DNA of 64,000 bases, taken from the NCBI GenBank assembly GCA_019749875.1, contig JAIEPK010000479.1, positions 7,184 through 71,183 of the forward strand. Direction: 5' to 3'. Numbering within the stretch: the stretch's first letter is position 1; every line of letters starts with the position of its first letter. This DNA is from Candidatus Binatia bacterium (GTDB taxonomy: Bacteria > Desulfobacterota > Binatia > UBA12015). Of this stretch, positions 19,491 to 31,220 are shown piece after piece. A model generated the notes under the pieces. The model did no database searches and had not been told where the DNA came from. It saw only the letters and a program-made list of their open reading frames with translations. Both the position numbers and the translations under genes were made by a program.

Positions 19491-20777
19491 ATGGAAGAGG
19501 CCCAGTTCGTCACCCTCCTCGACCGGTGGAAGCAGGATGCCGGGGGCACCTACAGATCGTGGTTCCTGTGGGACGAGCGCCTCAAGAACTTCCGCTCCAT
19601 CCGTGCAGGGATCGCGGAGGTCGTGCGGGAGATCGAGGCAGGGACCTTCGGGAACCAGTACAAGGGCTCGTCACTGGAGACCATCGTCGGGGCAATCGCG
19701 GAGCAGCGACAGATCTTCAAGGGCGCCGACCACGCGTTTCTCTGGAAGCCGAAGCTTCGCATCCCCGACATCTACGAGAGCGTCGACAACCAGCGTGCCT
19801 TCGGCCGCTTCCTCGCCGCTTGCGCGTGCTGTGACGACGAGGCGGGCGTCGTGGGTGCAATCCGACGCCTGAGCGATTGCAGGATCAAGGGTCTCGGTCC
19901 GGCAGCGGCAAACCTGCTCTACTTCCTGCATCCGACCCTCGTGCCGCCCTTCAACACCGCGATCGTGAAGGGTTACAACGCCCTCACGGGAGCGCGCGTC
20001 AAGCTCGGAAGCTGGGACGAATATCTGGCCATGCGGGCCGGCGTTCTCCGTCTCAACGCGGAACATCGCAGGCTGCTCTCGAACGACCTGGGTGCCGTCG
20101 CTGGCTTTCTCTTCGACATCGGCACCGGGCGCTATGCGCTGCCGCCGAGAAGCAACGACGCAGCCGCGCTCGCTGCATGGAACGATGACCTGACCCGAGT
20201 GCGCGACGAGACGGCGGCAGATCGCAAGCGGCTGGAGCGGGAGCGCGAAGGCGACGCGACGCATACCCTGATCCAGGGCTGGCTGCGGGACCTCGGAACG
20301 GCGCTGGGCTTCGAAGTTCACATCGCCGTCAATGACCGGAGTCGAGAATACGCCGGCGGACGACTCGGTGACCGCTGCTGCGAGCTGCCGACGTCCCTTT
20401 CCGAACGGCCTGGCATCGATGCAATTCGCCTGATCGACGTCCTCTGGCTCCATACCGGCCCGGACAGCAAGGGCGAGCACAGCATCGCAGCCGCGTTCGA
20501 GGTCGAGCACACGACGTCGATCTATTCCGGCATCGTGCGGCTGCTCGATCTCGCCCTGGGTGCGCCGAGTGGATCCGCGACCGGTCTCTATTTGGTGGCG
20601 CCCGATGCACGTAGGGAAGACGTCTCCCTGCAGCTCTCGCGTCCCGCATTCACCCGTGTGCGGGACCTCCGAGTACGATTCCTGCCGTACAGCGCATTGC
20701 GGGAGAACCGGGATGCGATGGCGAGGTTCGGGAGTGGGCTGAAGGCGATCGAGGCGGTGGCGCATACGCTGACGTAG
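19491..20777 (+). CDS. Restriction-endonuclease-like (PD-(D/E)xK-type) hypothetical protein, solitary
   Basis: 428 aa from the ATG at 19491; the upstream part of the long ORF is Arg-rich junk. The C-terminal region has an IDVLWL ... AAFEVEHTT pattern resembling a D...ExE/K nuclease core, as in BamHI-type ExE variants. No methyltransferase neighbour. Confidence 0.55.
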   Translation: MEEAQFVTLLDRWKQDAGGTYRSWFLWDERLKNFRSIRAGIAEVVREIEAGTFGNQYKGSSLETIVGAIAEQRQIFKGADHAFLWKPKLRIPDIYESVDNQRAFGRFLAACACCDDEAGVVGAIRRLSDCRIKGLGPAAANLLYFLHPTLVPPFNTAIVKGYNALTGARVKLGSWDEYLAMRAGVLRLNAEHRRLLSNDLGAVAGFLFDIGTGRYALPPRSNDAAALAAWNDDLTRVRDETAADRKRLEREREGDATHTLIQGWLRDLGTALGFEVHIAVNDRSREYAGGRLGDRCCELPTSLSERPGIDAIRLIDVLWLHTGPDSKGEHSIAAAFEVEHTTSIYSGIVRLLDLALGAPSGSATGLYLVAPDARREDVSLQLSRPAFTRVRDLRVRFLPYSALRENRDAMARFGSGLKAIEAVAHTLT

Positions 20778-20883
20778 ACCGCCGGCTCCAACTTCGACCG
20801 CAGCCCTCCAATCGGCAGGAGCTGCACCAAATCAACTTCGCGCACTCTCGAGGGATTGACACCTGAGATTCTCGAGTGGACGG

Positions 20884-22311
20884 ATGGAAACCATCATGCT
20901 GACCCGCCACGACCCGACGCCGATGTTCGCAGGAAACACCCTTCGCAGCCTTCCCGGTCGACGAAGCTCGGTGCACCTCGCAATCGCCACCCTGATTGCA
21001 GTCGGGTTCACGTCTTTCACCGGATGTGCACGACGCCCAGAGGTGAAGAGCTTCGAGATCATCGCGGCGCCGACGACCGTTCCGCTTTCGAGCGGCAGGA
21101 CGATTCAGGTGTGGGCCTACAATGGTCAGGTGCCCGGGCCTACACTGCGGATCCGCCTGGGCGACACGTTGCGCGTGACGTTCACGAACCGCCTGCCGCA
21201 GCCGACCACCATCCATTGGCACGGGGTGCGGGTACCCAACGCGATGGATGGCGTTCCGGGCGTCACGCAGCGGCCGGTCGAGCCCGGTCAGACCTTCGTC
21301 TACGAGTTCACGCCGAAGGACGCGGGCACGTTCTGGTTCCATCCGCACGTCCGTGCCAGTGAGCAGGTCGAGCGCGGTCTGTATGGCGTACTCATCGTCG
21401 ACGATCCCGAGCCACAGCCGTTCGCACGCGACGAGCTATGGGTGATCGACGACCTCCTGTTGGATCCGAGCGGCGAAATCGCACCCGAGTTCAACACGCG
21501 GCACGACCTCGCGCACGACGGGCGTTGGGGCAACTTCGTGGTCGTCAACGGCAGATCTCGCCCCGAGCTTCGTGCGGCGCCGGGAGAGCGGTTGCGTTTG
21601 CGACTCCTGAACGTGGCCAACGGCCGCATCTTTGTACCGGACTTCGGTGCTCTTCAACCGCAGATCATTGCGGTCGATGGCCTCTACGTGACCGCTCCGG
21701 TCGACGCTCGAGGCTTCGAGCTGGCACCCGGAAATCGGGTCGACCTCGATCTCGTCGTACCTGCCGCGCTCGCCGGTAGCCGAGTCTCGGTAGTTGATCG
21801 CTTCACGCGTCAAGCGATCGGCCTGGCCGACATCCTCGTGTCGCCAGATGCGGCGACGGATCCTCCGCGCTTCTCCATCCCTGTGGGTTCGCGCATGCCC
21901 GATGCCCCGTCCACCGGGTCCGCCCCGCCGTCGCTCGACCTTCGCTTGAACGCGGAGCCCGGAGGTCCGTTCGGGATCGCCTGGACGATCAACGGCACTG
22001 CGATGAACCCGCTCGACCACGCATCGGGCAGTGAGCACTATGCGCTTCCGTTGAACGAGCCGAGTCGGGTTCGATTCGTCAACGAGTCCTATCGGCTCCA
22101 TCCGATGCATCTTCACGGAATGTTCTTCCGGGTGGTGTCACGAAACGGGCGTCCGATCGACGAGCCGTTTACGCGAGACACGGTCCTCGTTCATCCGAAG
22201 GAGACGGTCGAAGTCGTGACGCTTCCAACCGAGCCGGGTCTGTGGATGGCTCACTGCCACGTCCTGGAGCACGCGGAAGCCGGCATGATGACGTTACTTG
22301 ATGTTCACTGA
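20884..22311 (+). CDS. Multicopper oxidase (lipoprotein-like signal)
   Basis: Copper-binding motifs HWHGVRVPNAMDG, HPHV, HPMHLHG, HCHVLEHAEAGMM. N-terminal TM/lipobox-like FTGC. Confidence 0.8.
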   Translation: METIMLTRHDPTPMFAGNTLRSLPGRRSSVHLAIATLIAVGFTSFTGCARRPEVKSFEIIAAPTTVPLSSGRTIQVWAYNGQVPGPTLRIRLGDTLRVTFTNRLPQPTTIHWHGVRVPNAMDGVPGVTQRPVEPGQTFVYEFTPKDAGTFWFHPHVRASEQVERGLYGVLIVDDPEPQPFARDELWVIDDLLLDPSGEIAPEFNTRHDLAHDGRWGNFVVVNGRSRPELRAAPGERLRLRLLNVANGRIFVPDFGALQPQIIAVDGLYVTAPVDARGFELAPGNRVDLDLVVPAALAGSRVSVVDRFTRQAIGLADILVSPDAATDPPRFSIPVGSRMPDAPSTGSAPPSLDLRLNAEPGGPFGIAWTINGTAMNPLDHASGSEHYALPLNEPSRVRFVNESYRLHPMHLHGMFFRVVSRNGRPIDEPFTRDTVLVHPKETVEVVTLPTEPGLWMAHCHVLEHAEAGMMTLLDVH

Positions 22312-22319
22312 TGACGAGC

Positions 22320-22378
22320 CCCCTGACCTGCTGCAACACCGCGGTTATCTGCTCGACGGAAAAGCGCTTCTTCTTCAC
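22320..22378 (-). mobile_element. IS3-family transposase OrfA N-terminal remnant (~19 codons only)
   Basis: Translation MKKKRFSVEQITAVLQQ is the conserved start of IS3-family OrfA. Similarity is lost after ~20 aa. Confidence 0.3.
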
Positions 22379-22632
22379 GGCACGTCCTCCCGGCCGACTG
22401 GCCGGATTGTACCGCGAGACTCACTCCCGAGATGGTCTGAAAAACCCGGGGCCCCTCACCAGAGAAGTCAAGTCTGGCTAGCTAGTGTCGTTACCAGCAA
22501 TGACGGAACGGCTCCGCGCACACCCTACGGCGGCTCTCTGACAACGGCGTCGACTGGCTCGTTCTGCATGCGCGCGGACCGCGGCCTCATGCCGTGCATC
22601 TGCGCGCACACGTGTTCGCGGCGCACGACCTC

Positions 22633-22679
22633 GGTGGACACCCCAAATCCGGCCAATGATCGACAGCTGAAAACCGGCC
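22633..22679 (+). repeat. Copy 2 of the ~47-nt repeat
   Basis: ggtggacaccccaaatccggccaatgatcgacagctgaaaaccggcc. It matches the reverse complement of 28923-28969 with 3 mismatches over 47 nt. Confidence 0.65.
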
Positions 22680-23027
22680 ATAGGAGAGCGGCCGGGACGG
22701 GGGTTCAGTAGTCGATGTTCTCCTTCGCGATCAAGCGGCGGTCGGTGTCGTCGCGTTGAGGCGCGTCCTCCAGCTCCGTGGTCCGCGCATTTCAGCACGT
22801 GCCTCAGGAGCACAAGGGTCGGTCGCAGAAGCGACGCCGGTACGGAGGGTAGCCCGGTCGGCCGACGCATCGCGAGGATTTCAGGCGGATCTACGGGGCG
22901 ACGCGAACGCCAACCCGAGGCGCCGGGGGCAAGACGACCTGGTCGAGACTCCCTCTCGTGCGCTCTGAGCGGCTCACGGGGGGAGTTCCGCTTTTGGACT
23001 CCCGGAATTGTCAAACCGCTGCTGCCT

Positions 23028-23044
23028 CCCCGGCGGAGCCGGGG
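23028..23044 (-). terminator. GC-rich hairpin downstream of flhB (weak terminator candidate)
   Basis: ccccggc-gga-gccgggg, a perfect 7-bp stem ~40 nt after the flhB stop; no U-tract. Confidence 0.25.
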
Positions 23045-23081
23045 GGACTCCCTTGATGTGCCAGTCGTTTCGTTCGCATCG

Positions 23082-24152
23082 TCAGCTCATCCGCTGCGCT
23101 TGAAGGCCGTAGATGTAGGCGAGCACCTCGGCGACGGCCCGATACAAGCCGTACGGGATTTCGCTGCCTACCTTGACGGTACGGTAGAGCGCGCGCGCGA
23201 GGGTGCGACGCTCGACGATCGGCACGCCGCCCGCGCGCGCCAGCTGCTTGATGCGCTCGGCGACCTCGTCGACGCCCTTCGCGACCACGCACGGTGCACC
23301 CTGCTCGTCGCCGCGATAGCGCAACGCCACAGCGAAATGCGTCGGGTTGGTGATCACCACGTCGGCGGTCGCGACCTCGCTCAGCATGCGGTTGTTGTTA
23401 AAGTCGCGGTATGCGCGCTTCATCCGCTGGCGGAGCTTGGGATCGCCCTCGGATTGGCGCATCTCGTCCTTGATCTCCTGCCGCGACATGCGGAGGCTCT
23501 GCTGGTGCGTGCGCCGTTGCCAGATGTAGTCGAACGCCGCCAACACAGCGAGCGTCGAGCCCACCCATAGCATCATTCGCACCAGCTCGGCCCCGCCTAC
23601 GGCGAGAATTTCGCTCGCCGACAATAACCCGACAGACCGTAGGCGATCTAGCGTCGACAACACCACCTTCCACGCCACCCACGACACCAGTACAATCCTG
23701 ACGATATTCTTGATTAGCTCGACGAAGCCGCGCAGCGAGAAGATGCGCTTCAGGCCGGTGCTCGGCGAGATGCGCGATCCCTTCGGGAGGAGCAGCTGCG
23801 GATAGAGCCCGACGCCGACCTGAGCGAGGTTGCTTGCGACGCCGGCGAGCATCATCGCGAGGATCACCGGCAGGGTCGCGGAGACGATCACGGCGCCCGC
23901 GTCGTAGAATGCCTGTCCCACCTGCGCCGGTGTCAGGTCAGCACGCGCGACCTGCATCAGGCCGTGCCGCATCGCCTCGCGCAGATCGCGCGACGTCGTG
24001 CCACCCCACTGAGACATCGCGATCACCGCGGTAAGCAGCACCGTCGCCGATGTGACATCCGACGAACGCGCTACCTGGCCCTCCTCGCGAGCTTTCTCGG
24101 CGCGCCGTGGTGTAGGCTCTTCGGTTTTGTCGGAGAGATCTTCTTCCGCCAT
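23082..24152 (-). CDS. flhB: Flagellar/T3SS export apparatus switch protein FlhB (YscU/EscU family)
   Basis: N-terminal MAEEDLSDKTEEPTPRRAEKAREEGQVARS, four TM helices, NPTH autocleavage motif in VVITNPTHFAVAL. ATG at 24150-24152. No other flagellar genes in the window. Confidence 0.85.
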   Translation of the reverse strand: MAEEDLSDKTEEPTPRRAEKAREEGQVARSSDVTSATVLLTAVIAMSQWGGTTSRDLREAMRHGLMQVARADLTPAQVGQAFYDAGAVIVSATLPVILAMMLAGVASNLAQVGVGLYPQLLLPKGSRISPSTGLKRIFSLRGFVELIKNIVRIVLVSWVAWKVVLSTLDRLRSVGLLSASEILAVGGAELVRMMLWVGSTLAVLAAFDYIWQRRTHQQSLRMSRQEIKDEMRQSEGDPKLRQRMKRAYRDFNNNRMLSEVATADVVITNPTHFAVALRYRGDEQGAPCVVAKGVDEVAERIKQLARAGGVPIVERRTLARALYRTVKVGSEIPYGLYRAVAEVLAYIYGLQAQRMS

Positions 24153-24904
24153 CGCTTCAGACCCGTGCGTCGAGCAGGTCGTCAAACCATGCGATGCTTC
24201 CGAACGCCGGCGCGAACGCGCGCACCGCGGACAGCGCGGCACGCGCCACGAGAGTCAGTACGGCGGCTGAGACACTCGGGTTGCCGTTCATATTATTGCG
24301 TTCGCGCTCATGTTTCAGCTGCAGCCGGACCTTGGACCTTGACATTTTGCTGCGGTCACTCGTCGGCGAGACGCGCGTGCAGCGCGTCGCGATCCGCCGT
24401 CGAGTACGCGGCCAGGGTCGCGACGCCGAGCTCGCCACACGCGCGGCGCACCTGGTTGCTGCGCTGCTCCACGTCCTCACCACAATCACCGCAGCTGCTG
24501 CGAACAGAGCAGCGTCCGAAACCAACCGCGGTATTTGGGTGAGCCTGTCGTGGCGTTCTCCTCCCGCGCAGAACGGGCCTCACGTCTTGAAGACGCACGC
24601 CTGGGAAGGTCGTTACACCTTCCGCGTTCGCGTGCGACCGTCGGTCGGGCGAGCGCACGAGCTCTGCCAGAACCGAAGTGCGGGAGGTGCGAGGAACGCT
24701 TGCGGAGCCGCATGGCGCCGAGCCTTGAGCTTGCGCATCGGGTCATTCCGTTCCGAGACCGGGCGAGCGCTCATCTGCGGATTCCGAGCGATCCCGAACA
24801 CACGTTCCGATTGAAGCCGAACACTGTCTGAGAGAGGCGGTCCGGTTCGCGTCGACGCGTTGACGGCGCTGGGTAGCGAAGGGCCCCATCGCACCGAGGA
24901 GGTG

Positions 24905-25930
24905 ACGATGGCGGCGGAGAGGCTACCCTTTCGGAAAACCAGGGAGAGCCTGCGGCTGACGCTGCAGGCCGGGCTCAGCCAGCGAGCGATCGCGCGCAGC
25001 GTGAAGGTCTCGCAGAGCACGGTGAACGACTACGTGGGGCGCGCGGTGGTGGCGAAGCTGACGTGGCCGCTGCCGCCGGAGCTCGACGACGAGGCGCTCG
25101 ATCGGCTGCTGTTCGCTGCCGAGCACCACCAGCCGAAGGCGCACCGGCCGGAGCTGGACTGGGCTCACCAGGCGGCACTGCCGCGCTCGGGTCTTGGCAA
25201 GGCGGTCGGCTACGCGCTCACGCTGTGGGACGGCCTCGTGCGCTTCGTCGACGACGCGCGGATACCCATCGACACCAACCTCGTCGAGCGCGGCATGCGG
25301 CCGCTCGCCGTCGGGCGCAAGAACCACTACGACTCGAAGTCCGAGCGCGGGACGCGCGTCGCGGCAATCTTCTACACGCTGATCGAAGCGGCGAGCTCGC
25401 TGGCGCCGAGCCGGCCGGCCATGTCGCCGAGGCGACGCGGCGCGCGATCGACAACGCCGGTACCGTCACGCTGCCGCGCGATCTCCCGCCGGCCTGATCC
25501 GTTCGTCGCTCGCATTCGCGGCGAACATCGCGCAGATCACGACGCCGCGCGAGACGGGGTCCGGCGAGCACTTACCGTAAGGACTCGCCGGACCCCATCT
25601 GGTCGAGCGCTGGCCTGACGTTAGAGCGCGATGACGAGAGATGCAGGAGAACTTCGGCGAAGCGAGATGGTGCTCGGCCGCCAGACGCGCGGCGCGCGCA
25701 TTCCCGAGGATCTCCGCGTGGAGGTCGATCGCGCACCGCGTGGCGTCGGCGACATGGCCGGCGGGCTCGCCGCTGGCGCACTTCGCCGACTCGATCAGCC
25801 GCGAGCTTCTCAAGATGTGCAGCAGACGATCGCGCAGCAAAGCGCGGAGATCCTCGCCTTCCGGAACATCCTCGAGCAGCACGGCGCGGACTGATCTGCA
25901 GTGGAATCGGTAGGGCGCGAGCGGTTGCAT
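24905..25930. mobile_element. Degenerate IS remnant mosaic: IS21-like IstA N-terminal HTH fragment fused to IS66-family transposase C-terminal fragment, with internal inverted duplication
   Basis: ORF 24860-25618 encodes an IstA-like N-terminus (SQRAIARSVKVSQSTVNDYV...LTWPLPPELDDEALDRLLF). It is followed by an IS66 TnpC-like LGKAVGYALTLWDGLVRFVDDARIPIDTNLVERGMRPLAVGRKNHYDSKSERG...IFYTLIEAA. No intact transposase is present. Confidence 0.5.
25400..25786. repeat. ~53-bp near-perfect inverted repeat arms (25400-25452 and 25734-25786) centred on a 13-bp-stem hairpin (approx 25556-25600)
   Basis: Arm 1 is ctggcgccgagccggccggccatgtcgccgaggcgacgcggcgcgcgatcgac. Arm 2, read as its reverse complement, matches with ~5 mismatches. 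Central hairpin is ggggtccggcgag(N15)ctcgccggacccc. Confidence 0.6.
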
Positions 25931-25968
25931 CCGCTTGCGCCGGGGGAGAGAGAGCGCGCCGCGCGACG

Positions 25969-28383
<2,415 letters not shown>

Positions 28384-28922
28384 CGACTCCCTGATCGGTT
28401 GCCCGCTCGGCCCCGGCTAGAGGGACGCGAGTCGTTGCCAAAAAGCTGGCCCCGCGGGTCGTCGATCGAGCACAGTCCATGATCGTCGACGCGACAGGGT
28501 CGTGACGCGGTAGAAGGCTTCGAGATCGTGCCGGCCCATCAGCATCGCGCGAGCCGACGAGAGAGCCGCATTCAGTACCAGACACGCACTCCGAACAGGA
28601 ACCACACGTCGTCGACCAAGCTCGCCTTCGTCGCGAACGAGTCGACGGGTGTGTCCGAACTGTCCCGTGTACAGCCGTCCGGGCGCGGAGTCGAGGTGGT
28701 ATCGAACACCGCATCCCGGTCGAAGTATCGAGGAATGCGGATCCGGCGCGAACTCCGGCCACGTGAGCCGGTCGTCGTCGACCCATTCTGGCGCGAAGCC
28801 TTCTGACTTGAGCCCAGATGCGGATGTAGTCCGTCCCGACCCGCACTTGCCTTCACGTCGCAGGTCCGGCCCTCGAGCTGATCGAGGAGAACGTGCCCGA
28901 ACACCGCCTCGTCCGCGACGGG

Positions 28923-28969
28923 GGCCGGTTTTCAGCCGTCGATCATTGGCCGGATCTGGGATGTCCACC
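28923..28969 (-). repeat. Copy 3 of the ~47-nt repeat (inverted relative to copy 2), overlapping the 3' end of the Fur-family gene
   Basis: Reverse complement reads ggtggacatcccagatccggccaatgatcgacggctgaaaaccggcc. Weaker similarity continues ~60 nt beyond the core. Confidence 0.65.
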
Positions 28970-29458
28970 AGGACTTCCAACGGGAACCGTCCCGGGCGCA
29001 GACCGCGCCGATGGACGCGTCCTGCGCGCGGACCGACAGCGCTCGCATTTTCCACGGATCAGCACCTCTGACACCTGCCCAACGTGGACGCGTCGAGCCC
29101 GTATTTCCACCTTCACTTCGCGATCGCTCAGACACCAGGCGTTCCCGCACCCCGTACACACGAAGTGCGGATGACCCTGCGCTGCGCCGCGTGCGCGTAC
29201 CTCGTAGCGGCGAACGTGATCACCGAGGTCCAAGCACACCACGATCGAGACGTCCGCGAGATCCTTGAGGTTTCGGTAGATCGTAGTGCCGTCGAATCCG
29301 AGCGGCATCAGGGCGGCAACGAGTCCCTTGCGGGTGATGGGTGCTGCGATTTGTCGCAGGCGGTCCAAAACTGCGACCCGCGGCGCGGTGCATCGCAGGC
29401 CTGCCGTGCGGATTGCAAGCCGAATTGCCGCGAGCTCGACCTGTCTCGCTGGGGTCAT
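28943..29458 (-). CDS. Fur family metalloregulator (Fur/Zur/PerR-like)
   Basis: Winged-helix region LRCTAPRVAVLDRL, HPHFVC and CTGCG motifs. Start at MTPARQVEL. The 3' end overlaps copy 3 of the 47-nt repeat. Confidence 0.65.
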   Translation of the reverse strand: MTPARQVELAAIRLAIRTAGLRCTAPRVAVLDRLRQIAAPITRKGLVAALMPLGFDGTTIYRNLKDLADVSIVVCLDLGDHVRRYEVRARGAAQGHPHFVCTGCGNAWCLSDREVKVEIRARRVHVGQVSEVLIRGKCERCRSARRTRPSARSAPGTVPVGSPGGHPRSGQ

Positions 29459-29755
29459 CTGCTTCACCGCCCCGAGAGAGTCGCCGAGCGAATCCGCCGC
29501 CAGTCTTGGCAGGCACACAGCGATGTCGACAGGATGAGGGCCCCGGCCGCGACCCCAATGTCTGTCGGACCGAGAGGGAGATCCAGGCGGCAGGCGACGC
29601 AGAAGTCGATGAAGCTGCTCGCCACGCCAATCACGGAGGCCGCCAGGCACAGCGCCAAGGCCCCCCGCACGAGCCGGGGGGCAGCAGGAGCAGCTCGCCC
29701 CCCCGATCGCAACTCCTTCGTCAAGGCGTTGTCGTTCGGGCGGAGCCGTGTCCGC

Positions 29756-30517
29756 TCAATGGTGCTTGTAGACGCCGACACCGCGAATGTCGTTCCAGCT
29801 GGTGGTCTGATGGCAGAGGAAGCACTGGCTCACGTCGGCCTGCTCGCGCCCCACGACCTTCATCGAGACCATCTCGAAATGCTCCATGAAATGGCTCGGC
29901 GGGGCCTGGTGACACTGCGCACAGTCGACGGAGCTCGGAGAAGGGTGTCGGAACTCCGCGATCGCCCACTTGCTCGTGCCGTGACAGGCGCTGCAATCGG
30001 CGCCAAAGAGGCCCCAGTGTCGATCCTTGCTTGCGTGGCAGCTCGCACAGTCCAGCAACCTCTCGTCGGGAACGAGAGCCGACCCGCTGGCGGAGAGATC
30101 CCGGAGCCACGCCACGGTCTCGGCGTACGGGCTTCGCGCCTCCTTGCCAGACTCATCGGCGCGAATGCGGCGCAGGCCGACGCGGATCAGCGTACCGTGC
30201 TCCATGGTGGTGGGCGAGACGTCGCGGCCGAGGTGCTCGACGTGGCATTCAGAGCAGGCTCCGATGCTGGAGTGAAACGCAGTGGACTGCCGCTGGAGCA
30301 GAGCCGTCGCGTTCGCATGGCAAGCGATGCACTTCGCCGGTTCGGCACCAACGAGTGCCGTGTGGCAGTTCGAGCAGTCGTCTTCGTACAATGCGTGCGC
30401 GGTGGAGAGGGGACCCGGGCGCGCCGCTCGCTGCCAGAAGGAGACCTCCACGAGTCGCGAGCCAGGCAGCAGCAACGCGCCACTGGTGACGCCAAGTGCG
30501 AGCGCGACCATGAACAT
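29756..30517 (-). CDS. Multiheme c-type cytochrome (7 CxxCH motifs)
   Basis: CSNCH, CIACH, CSECH, CASCH, CSACH, CAQCH, CFLCH. N-terminal signal/TM MFMVALALGVTSGALLL. Start codon uncertain; an earlier GTG is possible. Confidence 0.7.
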   Translation of the reverse strand: MFMVALALGVTSGALLLPGSRLVEVSFWQRAARPGPLSTAHALYEDDCSNCHTALVGAEPAKCIACHANATALLQRQSTAFHSSIGACSECHVEHLGRDVSPTTMEHGTLIRVGLRRIRADESGKEARSPYAETVAWLRDLSASGSALVPDERLLDCASCHASKDRHWGLFGADCSACHGTSKWAIAEFRHPSPSSVDCAQCHQAPPSHFMEHFEMVSMKVVGREQADVSQCFLCHQTTSWNDIRGVGVYKHH

Positions 30518-30542
30518 GAAAAACCGGCGCACGTCGTCTCCC

Positions 30543-31217
30543 TCAGCGGAACCAGCGCAGCCCGAACTCGAGCGCAGCCCAGACGTGCAGGCCGAGAAGC
30601 ACGTAGAACCCGCTCGAGACGAGCACGTGCCATTTGAGCCACAGCGCGAAGAAGGACCGGATTCGTTCTTCGCCGCGAATCGCATGCTCGAGATCCGCCA
30701 TCGATTCGACGAGGGGAACGGCGCGCGACGCGGCATCCGATGCGACCCCCTCGTTCGTCGCGGCCCCCGCGAGACGATCGTATTGTGCCCAGAGCGTGGC
30801 TAGCTGAGCCTGCTTCGCGCGCGTACCCTCGGCAATAAACCCGAGAAGGTACCGTCCGACGTAGCCGCTCAGGACGACGATCAGCATCGTCGCCGTCAGC
30901 ACGATCCCCAGCGTGCTCTCGAACTTGTGCCCCGTATGCAACAGCGCGAGGATCGCCCCAGCCAGACCGGCATAGATGTGCACCCCGAGAAGCGTGCGCA
31001 TCGACGATCGGCGCGTGACGACCACGCGCAGCGCCCGGACTCGCTTCACCGCCGAGTACGCGAGCGGAACCAACATGAGTGCCGCGCCGGAGACCGCGAG
31101 CATGCCACCCGTCAAGCTTCCGGCGAACCCGGACGATCGATGGACCAGGAACCCGAGCCAGAGCACGAGCATCAGGCCCACGATCCCCGAAACGACGACG
31201 CGCTCGCTCTCGCGCAT
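30543..31217 (-). CDS. Integral membrane hypothetical protein
   Basis: About five hydrophobic helices. It lies between the oxidoreductase and the multiheme cytochrome with 3-25 nt spacers. Confidence 0.55.
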   Translation of the reverse strand: MRESERVVVSGIVGLMLVLWLGFLVHRSSGFAGSLTGGMLAVSGAALMLVPLAYSAVKRVRALRVVVTRRSSMRTLLGVHIYAGLAGAILALLHTGHKFESTLGIVLTATMLIVVLSGYVGRYLLGFIAEGTRAKQAQLATLWAQYDRLAGAATNEGVASDAASRAVPLVESMADLEHAIRGEERIRSFFALWLKWHVLVSSGFYVLLGLHVWAALEFGLRWFR

Positions 31218-31220
31218 GGT

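Noticed and set aside
22400-22560. Searched for a tRNA gene next to the repeat and IS3 stub as a possible island integration site
   Set aside because: No cloverleaf-compatible sequence or conserved tRNA boxes (GTTC-R-A and TGGCNNAGTGG) were found by eye. A computational scan (tRNAscan-SE) would be needed to be sure.
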